The notes under the pieces: model-generated | What the model was told of the DNA's origin: nothing | Seen by the model: only the letters and a program-made list of their open reading frames with translations | Database searches by the model: none | Source: Saprospiraceae bacterium | GTDB lineage: Bacteria > Bacteroidota > Bacteroidia > Chitinophagales > Saprospiraceae | Direction: 5' to 3' | Length of the DNA stretch: 64,000 bases | NCBI GenBank assembly: GCA_044226205.1 | Contig: JBGAHL010000016.1 | Coordinates: forward strand, 8,208-72,207 | In this document: one piece after another, positions 17,343-25,419 of the stretch | How the letters are laid out: every line of letters starts with the position of its first letter | Position numbering within the stretch: the first letter of the stretch is position 1 | Program-made: the position numbers and the translations under genes

Positions 17343-17795
17343 TTATTTGCCGGTTTTTTGTTTGCCTTTTTCACTCATGGCGAAGGAGCGGGTCATGGTT
17401 TTGATGTACTCGACCCGCCGAAAACGCAGCGCCGACCAGTCTTCGTCGACGGCCACCATCCGAACCGGCTCGAAGCCGAGTTTGCCCAGGGTTTGCCAGC
17501 CGTTGTCGCGGTTGAAGTCGCATTTGTAGCGTTTGGAGCTGCCTTTCGGGTAGGCAAACCACAGCTGCCCGTCGCCGTCCAGTTTGGCGTTCAGGAGCGG
17601 TGCAAGGGCTTCGATATGATCCTGTCGGGTGACGAAGGCCAGCGCGAAGCCGGTTTTTTCAGACCCGCCAGGATCGGTCAAAACGAGGGTGTCGGGCAAT
17701 GCGTTCGCGATTTTCGACACAAAATCATCGGGTGATTGCAGCACCAGCACGGGGTTTTGCCCCTTGTAATTCATTTTTTTCAACAACTCCTGCAT
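17343..17795 (-). CDS. conserved hypothetical protein
   Basis: The coding-looking ORF starts at MQELLKKMNYKG (Met17). It ends 6 nt upstream of the start of the exonuclease gene on the same strand. No motif recognised. Confidence 0.5.
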   Translation of the reverse strand: MQELLKKMNYKGQNPVLVLQSPDDFVSKIANALPDTLVLTDPGGSEKTGFALAFVTRQDHIEALAPLLNAKLDGDGQLWFAYPKGSSKRYKCDFNRDNGWQTLGKLGFEPVRMVAVDEDWSALRFRRVEYIKTMTRSFAMSEKGKQKTGK

Positions 17796-17926
17796 GGCTG
17801 CGCTGTGTTTTATTTTTTTAAAAATCGGCCAAATATAAAACAAACCGTGTTAAAAAATAAAATATGCACCCCCGGCCGATTCCGTTCGGGCAATTATACC
17901 TTGCACCGCCAGGTTTTGAGCGCGAC

Positions 17927-17970
17927 GGGGTTTTATAAACCCTTATAAACCATAATAAACCGCATAAACC
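17927..17970. repeat. tandem ~9-10-bp repeats (yATAAACC, about 4 copies)
   Basis: The sequence is ggggttttataaacccttataaaccataataaaccgcataaacc. It belongs to the same TTATAAACC family as the elements at 41903-42010 and 43721-43828. Confidence 0.6.
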
Positions 17971-17999
17971 TTGTGCTAAAATCTTCGCGGTGTGAAGTA

Positions 18000-18007
18000 T
18001 ACATTTG
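18000..18007 (+). promoter_or_regulatory. Bacteroidota -7 box (TAcaTTTG) upstream of the DUF1343 gene
   Basis: TACATTTG ends 7 nt before the ATG at 18015. Confidence 0.4.
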
Positions 18008-18014
18008 CCTTCCC

Positions 18015-19202
18015 ATGCTGATCCGAGTTATTCTGTTTGTTGGCCTGACCCTGGCCTCCGCCGTCGCGGCGCTTGCGCAAGCCGACTCTCTGCCGCGTGT
18101 AATCGTGGGCGCCGAACGCCTCGATGTTTACCTGCCCATGCTGGCTGGCAAACAGGTGGGGCTGGTCGTCAATCCCACGGCGCGGGTGGGCGCCACGCAT
18201 CTGTTGGATACCTTGCTGCGGCGTGGCGTGTGCGTTACGCGGATTTTTGCGCCGGAACACGGTTTTCGGGGCGAAGAAGAAGCCGGCGAAGAGGTGCGCA
18301 ATGGCCTCGATGTACGCACCGGCACCCCGGTTATTTCCCTCTACGGCCGCAAGAAAAAACCTTCCGCGGCCGATCTTGCCTTTGTCGACGTAGTGATTTT
18401 CGACATTCAGGATGTCGGCGCCCGGTTTTACACCTATATCTCCACGCTTTTTTACGTCATGGAGGCCTGCGCCGCCAATGACAAGCCGATCCTCGTGCTC
18501 GACCGGCCGAATCCGAACGGCCACCTCGTGGATGGCCCGCTGTTGGAGCCGGACCAGGAATCTTTCGTGGGGATCGCGCCGCTGCCCATAGCGCATGGCT
18601 GCACGGTGGGCGAACTGGCTCGTTATTTCACCGGGGAAGACTGGATATGGAAAGGCCCCAAGCCCGTGCTGACCGTCGTGCCCTGCCTCCACTACACCCA
18701 CCATACGCCCTACGACCTGCCGGTGAAACCTTCGCCAAACCTGCCCGATTCGCGTTCGGTGTTGCTGTATCCGTCCATTTGTCTGTTCGAAGGCACGGTG
18801 GTGAGCGTCGGGCGCGGCACCGACACGCCTTTTCAACTCGTCGGTCATCCGGATTTTCCGCTGCTCGACTTTTGTTTTATCCCCCGCTGCAACGCGGGCG
18901 CCAAGTCGCCCCTGTACGACGGTCAGCGCTGTTACGGCTACGATATGCGCGGTATTTCGATCGATTCGTTGCGAGCCCGCGACCAGCTGGACCTGCACTG
19001 GCTGCTCGATTTTTACTGCGAATACCCCGACAAGAGCCGCTTTTTTTTGAAAAATAATTTCTTCGATCTGCTCGCCGGCACACCGGAATTGCGACGGCAA
19101 ATAGAACTTGGTACCTCGGAAGACGAAATACGCGCTTCCTGGCAGCCCGGCCTGGATTTTTTCAAGTCGGTCCGCAAACCATATTTGTTGTACCCGGAGT
19201 GA
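18015..19202 (+). CDS. DUF1343 family protein (NamZ-like exo-beta-N-acetylmuramidase)
   Basis: The signal peptide is MLIRVILFVGLTLASAVAALAQ. Characteristic blocks are VGLVVNPTARVG, IFAPEHGFRG, VVIFDIQDVGARFYTYISTL and LVLDRPNPNG. Confidence 0.8.
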   Translation: MLIRVILFVGLTLASAVAALAQADSLPRVIVGAERLDVYLPMLAGKQVGLVVNPTARVGATHLLDTLLRRGVCVTRIFAPEHGFRGEEEAGEEVRNGLDVRTGTPVISLYGRKKKPSAADLAFVDVVIFDIQDVGARFYTYISTLFYVMEACAANDKPILVLDRPNPNGHLVDGPLLEPDQESFVGIAPLPIAHGCTVGELARYFTGEDWIWKGPKPVLTVVPCLHYTHHTPYDLPVKPSPNLPDSRSVLLYPSICLFEGTVVSVGRGTDTPFQLVGHPDFPLLDFCFIPRCNAGAKSPLYDGQRCYGYDMRGISIDSLRARDQLDLHWLLDFYCEYPDKSRFFLKNNFFDLLAGTPELRRQIELGTSEDEIRASWQPGLDFFKSVRKPYLLYPE

Positions 19203-19240
19203 GGCGGGAGAGGTGGGGTTGGAGGATTTTTTAAAAAGGT
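19203..19240. repeat. solo copy of the GGCGGrAGAGGTG...GGATTTTTT..AAAAAGG head module
   Basis: ggcgggagaggtggggttggaggattttttaaaaagg aligns with 15729-15786, the left end of the MITE-like element, and more loosely with 61761-61806. Confidence 0.5.
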
Positions 19241-19260
19241 GACTAAACCCAGTGATACAT

Positions 19261-19444
19261 TTTCACCGCAAAGACACAAAGACGCAAAGGGGGCGCGAAT
19301 TTCTTGGCGTCTTAGCGTCTTGGCGGTGAAAAGCAAAGGCACAAAGGGGCGCGAATTTCTTGGCGTCTTAGCGTCTTGGCGGTGAAAAGCAAAGGCACAA
19401 AGGGGCGCGAATTTCTTGGCGGCTTTGCGTCTTGGCGGTGAAAA
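19261..19444. repeat. three tandem copies of a 56-bp repeat with imperfect internal dyad symmetry
   Basis: gcgcgaat recurs at 19293, 19349 and 19405, giving a 56-bp period. The unit is tgaaaagcaaaggcacaaaggggcgcgaatttcttggcgtcttagcgtcttggcgg. Confidence 0.8.
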
Positions 19445-19523
19445 TGTGCAAGCGGGTATAGTCCTTACTCCCCCCTCTCTTTTCAATACAAATCCTCGCC
19501 TGCCGCTCCACAAAAAATTGCAA

Positions 19524-19889
19524 ATGGCAGAGCACATCGACACCGGGCGGCAAGGGGAGCGACTGGCCGCTGAATTGCTGGAAAGCAAAGGCTACCGCAT
19601 CGCGGCGCGGAATTTTCGCAGCGGACGGGGCGAAATCGATCTGATCGCCTGGAGCCCTGAAAACATCCTCGTTTTTGTGGAAGTTAAAACACGGGCCTAC
19701 GACAGTTTCGGCGGCCCCGAAGGCGCTGTGGCGAGCAAAAAAATGGACCTGATGGCCCGTGCCGCCGGGGTGTACATGGAAAGTATCGGCTACGAATGGG
19801 AGATACGTTTCGACGTGATCGGCGTGGTGCTGCGCAATGGCGAATTGCGCGAAATCCGCCATACGGAAGATGCATTTTGGCCGCGTTGA
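19524..19889 (+). CDS. YraN-family (UPF0102) endonuclease-like protein
   Basis: Start taken at MAEHIDTGRQGE (Met37 of the ORF). The motif GEIDLIAWSPENILVFVEVKTR is present. Confidence 0.8.
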   Translation: MAEHIDTGRQGERLAAELLESKGYRIAARNFRSGRGEIDLIAWSPENILVFVEVKTRAYDSFGGPEGAVASKKMDLMARAAGVYMESIGYEWEIRFDVIGVVLRNGELREIRHTEDAFWPR

Positions 19890-19999
19890 GTCGGAGAAAG
19901 ACGCCTTTTGGCGAAACGCTTCGGTCAATGGGTGATTGTTGACCCGAATTTTCGGACATTCGGGCACTTTTTTTAAATCGCTCAAAACGGTTCGTACTC

Positions 20000-21856
20000 A
20001 TGTTTCGATGGTTAAGCCTTTGCGGGGCCTTGCTTCTTTGCGCCCTGGTTCTTCCCGCCCAAAACCTCAACACCACTTTTCGCTCCAAAATGACTTTTAC
20101 CGGCCAAACCCTTGCGAACGTCTGGGGATATACGGCTGGGGGCCGTGAATATGCCCTGCTTGGCGCCCGCAACGGCCTTATTATCGTGGATATCACCGAC
20201 CCGGACAACCCGACCCAGATCGTCCAAATCCCCGGCCCGGCCAATTTGTGGAAGGAGATCAAAACCTATTCGCACTACGCTTACGTGGTGTCGGAAGGCG
20301 GTTGGGGCGTCCAGATCATCGATTTGTCCGGCCTGCCTTCTCCCAACCTCACCTACCACAGCTACAATGGCGACGGGGCGATCAATGGCCAGTTCAACAA
20401 GGCGCACGCCCTGCATATCGATACGACCAAAGGCTTTTTGTACGCCCACGGCAGCAACCTGTTCAGCGGCGGGCCGGTCATTCTGAACCTGAACCCCGAC
20501 CCCTACAATCCGACTTTTGCCGGCAAATACAACCAGCAAGGCTACGTGCACGACGGGTACGCCGACAACGATACCTTGTACGCAGGGCATATTTATGCGG
20601 GCACTTTTGCCATTGTGGATTGCACGGACAAGAACAATCCGGTCGTGCTGGCTACCCAGCAGACGCCCAACAATTTTACCCACAACACCTGGCCCTCGGC
20701 CGATAAAAAAACCTTGTTCACGACCGACGAAACCAACAACTCGTTTCTCGCCTCCTACGACATTTCCGACCCGACCGATATCAAATTGCTGGACAAAATC
20801 CAGAGCAACCCGGGCTCGAACTCCATTGTGCACAATACGCACATCCTCAATCAGTTCGCGGTAACTTCCTGGTACAAAGACGGCTTTACCATCGTGGATG
20901 TAACCCGCCCGGCCAACCTCGTTCAGGTGGGCAATTATGACACTTATCCGATTGGCGGCAGCGGCTTCGACGGCTGCTGGGGCGTGTATCCGTTTTTCCC
21001 GTCGGGCACCATCATCGCGTCCAATATCAATGCGCAGGGCACGAGTAACGGCGAATTATTCATCGTTACGCCCAACTACGTGCATGCCTGCTGGATCGAA
21101 GGAACCATTACCAGCGCGGCCACCGGCGCCGTGTTGTCGGGCGCGCAGGTGAGCGTTTTGGGGAGCAACCCGCTGACGCAGGGCCAAAGCGCCGTGGACG
21201 GGCAGTACAAAATCGGGCAGGAGCAGGCCGGGCTGTTTACCGTTCAGGTCAGCCTTGCGGGGTATCAAACTGCCAATATCCCGGTCCAGTTGGTCAATGG
21301 AGAACTGACGGCGCTCAACGTGGCTCTTTTTCCGCTGGGCGGTATCGTGGTGGATGGTGAAGTGCGCCGTTTCGGCACGCTGGAAACGGTGCCCGACGCC
21401 ACGGTCTGTTTGTACAGCGATGACAATACCTATTGCACCACGACCGATGCCTCCGGTCATTTTTCCATCTCCGACGTGCTGCCTGGCGTGTACGACGTGG
21501 CCGCCTCGGCCGACACGGTTGGCCTGACCATGCAATACCGGCAGGTGCTGGCGACCAATTCGTCGCTGGTGCTCGAACTTTACCCATACCATCGCCGCGA
21601 CGTGGCCGGGCCCGGGACGAGTGCTGCCGACTGCCTGGCCTCGCCCAATCCGTTTGCGACGGCGACCCGCCTTGCGTTTCATTTTTCCGGCGGCACGCAT
21701 GACATAAAAGTGTTCAATGTGGCGGGTAAAATGATCGAACGCCACATGCCCGAAGGGCAGGACGGGGTGATTGAACTGGGTGAAAACTGGTCGCCCGGCG
21801 TTTATCTGATCGGCATCGAGGGACAGGCGCCTTTGAAATTGATAAAAATGAAATGA
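20000..21856 (+). CDS. LVIVD-repeat (choice-of-anchor-B-like) beta-propeller protein with a CarboxypepD_reg-like domain and T9SS CTD (paralog 1)
   Basis: A signal peptide is present. LVIVD-type repeats include GLIIVDITDPDNP, GVQIIDLSGLP, FAIVDCTDKNNP, YDISDPTDI and FTIVDVTRPANL. The C-terminus is ASPNPFATATRLAF...GVYLIGIEGQAPLKLIKMK. Confidence 0.8.
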   Translation: MFRWLSLCGALLLCALVLPAQNLNTTFRSKMTFTGQTLANVWGYTAGGREYALLGARNGLIIVDITDPDNPTQIVQIPGPANLWKEIKTYSHYAYVVSEGGWGVQIIDLSGLPSPNLTYHSYNGDGAINGQFNKAHALHIDTTKGFLYAHGSNLFSGGPVILNLNPDPYNPTFAGKYNQQGYVHDGYADNDTLYAGHIYAGTFAIVDCTDKNNPVVLATQQTPNNFTHNTWPSADKKTLFTTDETNNSFLASYDISDPTDIKLLDKIQSNPGSNSIVHNTHILNQFAVTSWYKDGFTIVDVTRPANLVQVGNYDTYPIGGSGFDGCWGVYPFFPSGTIIASNINAQGTSNGELFIVTPNYVHACWIEGTITSAATGAVLSGAQVSVLGSNPLTQGQSAVDGQYKIGQEQAGLFTVQVSLAGYQTANIPVQLVNGELTALNVALFPLGGIVVDGEVRRFGTLETVPDATVCLYSDDNTYCTTTDASGHFSISDVLPGVYDVAASADTVGLTMQYRQVLATNSSLVLELYPYHRRDVAGPGTSAADCLASPNPFATATRLAFHFSGGTHDIKVFNVAGKMIERHMPEGQDGVIELGENWSPGVYLIGIEGQAPLKLIKMK

Positions 21857-21884
21857 ACGATCCTGCATTCAGGGTGTAAACAAG

Positions 21885-21926
21885 GCGGAGATTCGGGTAC
21901 AAAAAGCGGCCCGAATCTCCGCTTTT
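21885..21926 (+). terminator. rho-independent terminator
   Basis: A 13-bp stem gcggagattcggg/cccgaatctccgc is followed by TTTT. Confidence 0.65.
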
Positions 21927-22020
21927 CGTTTACAAGGTCACGCTCGTCGAAAAAAGAGCGTCCAATGAGCAACCCTGCACCCTTATTTGTGGTCTCCTGT
22001 CACAAAAAAATCACCTGGTT

Positions 22021-24435
22021 ATGAAATCAATTTTCCGACTCTTCTGTGTCGGCCTGTTCCTGTCGTTTGGCTTGTCTACCTTGTCTGCCCAAAACCTGAA
22101 CATTGCCTTCCGCTCCAAACTCACCATTCCCAACCAGACCCTGGCCAATATTTGCGGCTACGCCGCCAACGGGCATGAATACGCCTTGCTGGGCGCATCG
22201 AAAGGGTTGATTATCGTCGAAGTAACGAACCCTGACGCTCCCCAGCAAATCGTTCAGATCCCGGGTCCCGACAACCTGTGGAAAGAAATCAAAACCTACA
22301 AACACTACGCTTACGTGACCAGCGAAGGCGGCCAGGGCGTGCAAATTGTCGACCTCAACGGCTTGCCCGGCTCCACGCTCAATTACCATCACTATACCGG
22401 CGACGGCGACATCGCGGGCGAACTCAATACCATTCACGCCCTGCACATCGATACGACCAAAGGATTCCTGTACGCCTACGGCAGCAACCTGTTCAATGGC
22501 GGGGCCGTCGTACTCGACCTGAACGCGGACCCGTACAACCCCACTTATGCCGGTAAATTTGATGCCTACGGGTATATCCACGATGGCTGGGTCGACAACG
22601 ACACCCTGTACGGGTCGCACATTTACAACGGCTTCTTTTCCATTGTGAATATGGCGGACAAAAGCAATCCTGTGCCGCTCGGCCTCGAATTCACGCCCAA
22701 CAGTTTTACCCACAACACCTGGATGTCGAAAGATCGAAAAGTGATCTTCACGACCGACGAAGTGGACAACTCCTACCTCGGGGCATACGATATTTCCGAT
22801 CCGACGGATATCAAATTTTTGGATAAAATCCAGGCCAATCCCGGCTCCAACGCGGTCGTTCACAATACGCATATCCTTGAAAATTATGCCGTTACCTCCT
22901 GGTACACCGAGGGGGTGAGCATCGTGGATGTTACCGAGCCCGACAATCTGGTTCAGGTAGGATTATTCGATGTGGCGCCTGCATTTCAGGGCGGCGGCTT
23001 CGACGGCTGCTGGGGTGTGTATCCCTTCCTGCCGTCCGGCAATCTCATTGCATCCGTGATTCCCACGACCAGTTCGCCCGGCGGCGGCGAATTGTGGGTG
23101 CTGACGCCGACCTACACCCGGGCTTGCTACCTCGAAGGGGTGGTGACCGACGCGTCCAATTCCTTGCCCCTCAACGGCGCCAAGGTTGAAATTTTGGGCG
23201 GAGAAAATATCCAGGCGGCGCTGACCAATACCAGCGGCCAGTTCAAAACGGGACATGCCGCGGCTGGTACCGTCGATGTCAAGGTGAGTAAGCCGGGTTA
23301 CACGCCCGTCACTGTTTCGGTGCCCCTGGCCACGGCCGTCATTGCCGTGGTGAACGTGGCGCTGGTCCCCCTGCCTACGGTGACGGTCAGCGGTCAGGTC
23401 CTCGAAACCGGCACCAATGCCCCCGTCGCCAACGCGGTTGTCGCCCTCAGCAGCGATGACGGCCTCCATTTTGACGTGGCGACCGACGGTAACGGACAGT
23501 TCTCGCTGTCGGGTGTTTATTCCGGGCAGTACGACATGGTGGCCGGCGCCTGGGGCTACGGCTACGCCCTCAAAAACAACCAGAACGTCAATGGCGGCCA
23601 GTCATACAATTTCTTCCTGGCCAAAGGCTACCGCGACGATTTCGCGCTCGACTACGGCTGGGAAGTCAGCGGTACTTCGACCGAAGGCGTCTGGGAACGC
23701 GCCGAGCCGCAGGGTATCAACGTTGGCGTTGTGCTTTGCCCCGAAACCGATTTCTCGGGCGACGTGGGCGATCAGTGCTACGTCACCGGCAACGGCAACC
23801 CCGGCGTGGATGCCGACGACGTGGAAAGCGGCACCGCGATCCTTCGTTCGCCGGTCATGGACCTGACCACCTATACGCATCCTGTGGCTCGGGGCGTCTA
23901 TTTTTTCACCAGCATAACTTTTGACAACGAGTCGCTGGATTCCATCAAATTTTACATCGAAAACGGCACCGACGAGGCGCTGCTTCTGGCTGCGCCAGGG
24001 TTTAATTTTAGCTGGCAAATCCTCAACAAGCCCATCGAGCCGCTGATCGCCATCACCTCGACCATGCGCCTGCGCATCGAGTGTTACGACAACCCGAATT
24101 ACATCGGGGTAGATTCCTACGAAGCGGTTTTCGACGATTTTAAAATTGCGGCAGGAGCAGCCAGCGCTACCCTCGAACCCTTTGAAGGAGTGCAATTGAC
24201 CGTGCGTCCCAATCCTTTCCGGGGGCAAGCCATTCTCGATTACACCACGCCGGCAGGCGGCGAGTACCAGGTCGTGGTGACCGATCTGCTGGGTCGTGAG
24301 GTGGAAACGTACACGGTGGACGGCACCGGCGGCTACCTGTCGGTGGGCGCCGAACTGAGGCCGGGTGTTTACACAGCCCGCCTTCAGCGCGATGGACAAG
24401 TGTCGCAGCCGGTCAAATTGATCAAAGCCGAGTAA
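22021..24435 (+). CDS. LVIVD-repeat protein with two CarboxypepD_reg-like domains, a MAM/jelly-roll-like domain and T9SS CTD (paralog 2)
   Basis: By eye, the N-terminal ~330 aa are about 65% identical to paralog 1 (QNLN..FRSK.., WKEIKTY.HYAYV.SEGG.GVQI.DL). The C-terminus is VRPNPFRGQAILDY...GVYTARLQRDGQVSQPVKLIKAE. Confidence 0.8.
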   Translation: MKSIFRLFCVGLFLSFGLSTLSAQNLNIAFRSKLTIPNQTLANICGYAANGHEYALLGASKGLIIVEVTNPDAPQQIVQIPGPDNLWKEIKTYKHYAYVTSEGGQGVQIVDLNGLPGSTLNYHHYTGDGDIAGELNTIHALHIDTTKGFLYAYGSNLFNGGAVVLDLNADPYNPTYAGKFDAYGYIHDGWVDNDTLYGSHIYNGFFSIVNMADKSNPVPLGLEFTPNSFTHNTWMSKDRKVIFTTDEVDNSYLGAYDISDPTDIKFLDKIQANPGSNAVVHNTHILENYAVTSWYTEGVSIVDVTEPDNLVQVGLFDVAPAFQGGGFDGCWGVYPFLPSGNLIASVIPTTSSPGGGELWVLTPTYTRACYLEGVVTDASNSLPLNGAKVEILGGENIQAALTNTSGQFKTGHAAAGTVDVKVSKPGYTPVTVSVPLATAVIAVVNVALVPLPTVTVSGQVLETGTNAPVANAVVALSSDDGLHFDVATDGNGQFSLSGVYSGQYDMVAGAWGYGYALKNNQNVNGGQSYNFFLAKGYRDDFALDYGWEVSGTSTEGVWERAEPQGINVGVVLCPETDFSGDVGDQCYVTGNGNPGVDADDVESGTAILRSPVMDLTTYTHPVARGVYFFTSITFDNESLDSIKFYIENGTDEALLLAAPGFNFSWQILNKPIEPLIAITSTMRLRIECYDNPNYIGVDSYEAVFDDFKIAAGAASATLEPFEGVQLTVRPNPFRGQAILDYTTPAGGEYQVVVTDLLGREVETYTVDGTGGYLSVGAELRPGVYTARLQRDGQVSQPVKLIKAE

Positions 24436-24488
24436 AGTCGGAGCAGTGCAAAAACGAAAGAGGCTGTCTCATAAGTCCTTGCGGCCAA

Positions 24489-24520
24489 CTGACGGGGTGA
24501 CTACAAAGTCACCCCGTCAG
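24489..24520 (+). terminator. strong hairpin, possible terminator (no T-run)
   Basis: A 13-bp stem ctgacggggtgac/gtcaccccgtcag has a 6-nt loop. No U-tract follows. Confidence 0.4.
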
Positions 24521-24554
24521 TAATAACCTGAAGGCAAATAAACCTGCCGCGGCG

Positions 24555-24562
24555 TACATTTG
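24555..24562 (+). promoter_or_regulatory. Bacteroidota -7 box (TAcaTTTG) upstream of dapB
   Basis: TACATTTG ends only 6 nt before the ATG at 24569. Confidence 0.4.
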
Positions 24563-24568
24563 CCGGGT

Positions 24569-25291
24569 ATGAAAATCGGACTTTTCGGCTACGGCAAAAT
24601 GGGTCGTGCCATTGAACAAATAGGGCTTGCGCAAGGCCACGACATCGCCTGGCGCATCAATCGCTCCAGTCAGCAAGAGCTGACGCCGGAACTGCTCCGG
24701 CAAGCCGATGTGGTCATCGAATTCACCCGCCCCGACGCGGCTTTTGACAATGTCATGTTTTGCCTGAGCCATGGCGTGCCGGTTGTCAGCGGCACCACGG
24801 GCTGGCTCGACCGGCTGCCGGCCGCGCAGGAGTTTTGTGTCGACAAGGGCGGCGCCTTGCTCTGGGCTTCCAATTTCAGCGTGGGCGTCAACCTGTTTTT
24901 TGCCCTCAACCGCTACCTCGCCAGGCTGATGAACACCCGTGCCGAATACGAAGCCGCCGTGACCGAGACCCACCACATCCACAAACTGGATGCACCCAGC
25001 GGAACGGCGCTCACGCTCACCCAGGATATCCTCGCGGCCGTCGACCGGCTCGAAGGCTGGGCGTTCGATGCTGGTTCGGCCGAAGGCTCGGGGATCGTTC
25101 CTGTAACGGCTATTCGCGAGGGCGAGGTGCCCGGCACGCACCAGATTCGCTGGACCGGGCCGGTGGACGAGATCACGATCGAACACAAAGCCCGGTCGCG
25201 CACAGGGTTTGCCGCCGGCGCAGTGCTGGCAGCCGAATGGTTGCTGGGCCGAAAAGGGGTGTTCTGTATGGGGGATGTGCTGGGTTTGTGA
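24569..25291 (+). CDS. dapB: 4-hydroxy-tetrahydrodipicolinate reductase
   Basis: Begins MKIGLFGYGKMGRAI (NAD(P)-binding). The signature ETHHIHKLDAPSGTA is present. Confidence 0.9.
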   Translation: MKIGLFGYGKMGRAIEQIGLAQGHDIAWRINRSSQQELTPELLRQADVVIEFTRPDAAFDNVMFCLSHGVPVVSGTTGWLDRLPAAQEFCVDKGGALLWASNFSVGVNLFFALNRYLARLMNTRAEYEAAVTETHHIHKLDAPSGTALTLTQDILAAVDRLEGWAFDAGSAEGSGIVPVTAIREGEVPGTHQIRWTGPVDEITIEHKARSRTGFAAGAVLAAEWLLGRKGVFCMGDVLGL

Positions 25292-25419
25292 GTTACTGAG
25301 GGCTCTACTCACTTAAAAGGCTTGTTCGGCTTTCGTTTAGTGGTATTGGATAAGTAGGGGGGACGTTGATTCAAAAAGCGGGATTCTTTTGTTTCCGAAA
25401 AAACTCAAGACAAAAGACT

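Noticed and set aside
19013-19985. ORFs 19013..19588 and 19368..19985 (minus strand), plus the long N-terminal extension of yraN (19416..19523).
   Set aside because: They are read through the 56-bp tandem repeats and the head module. YraN homology begins at Met 19524.
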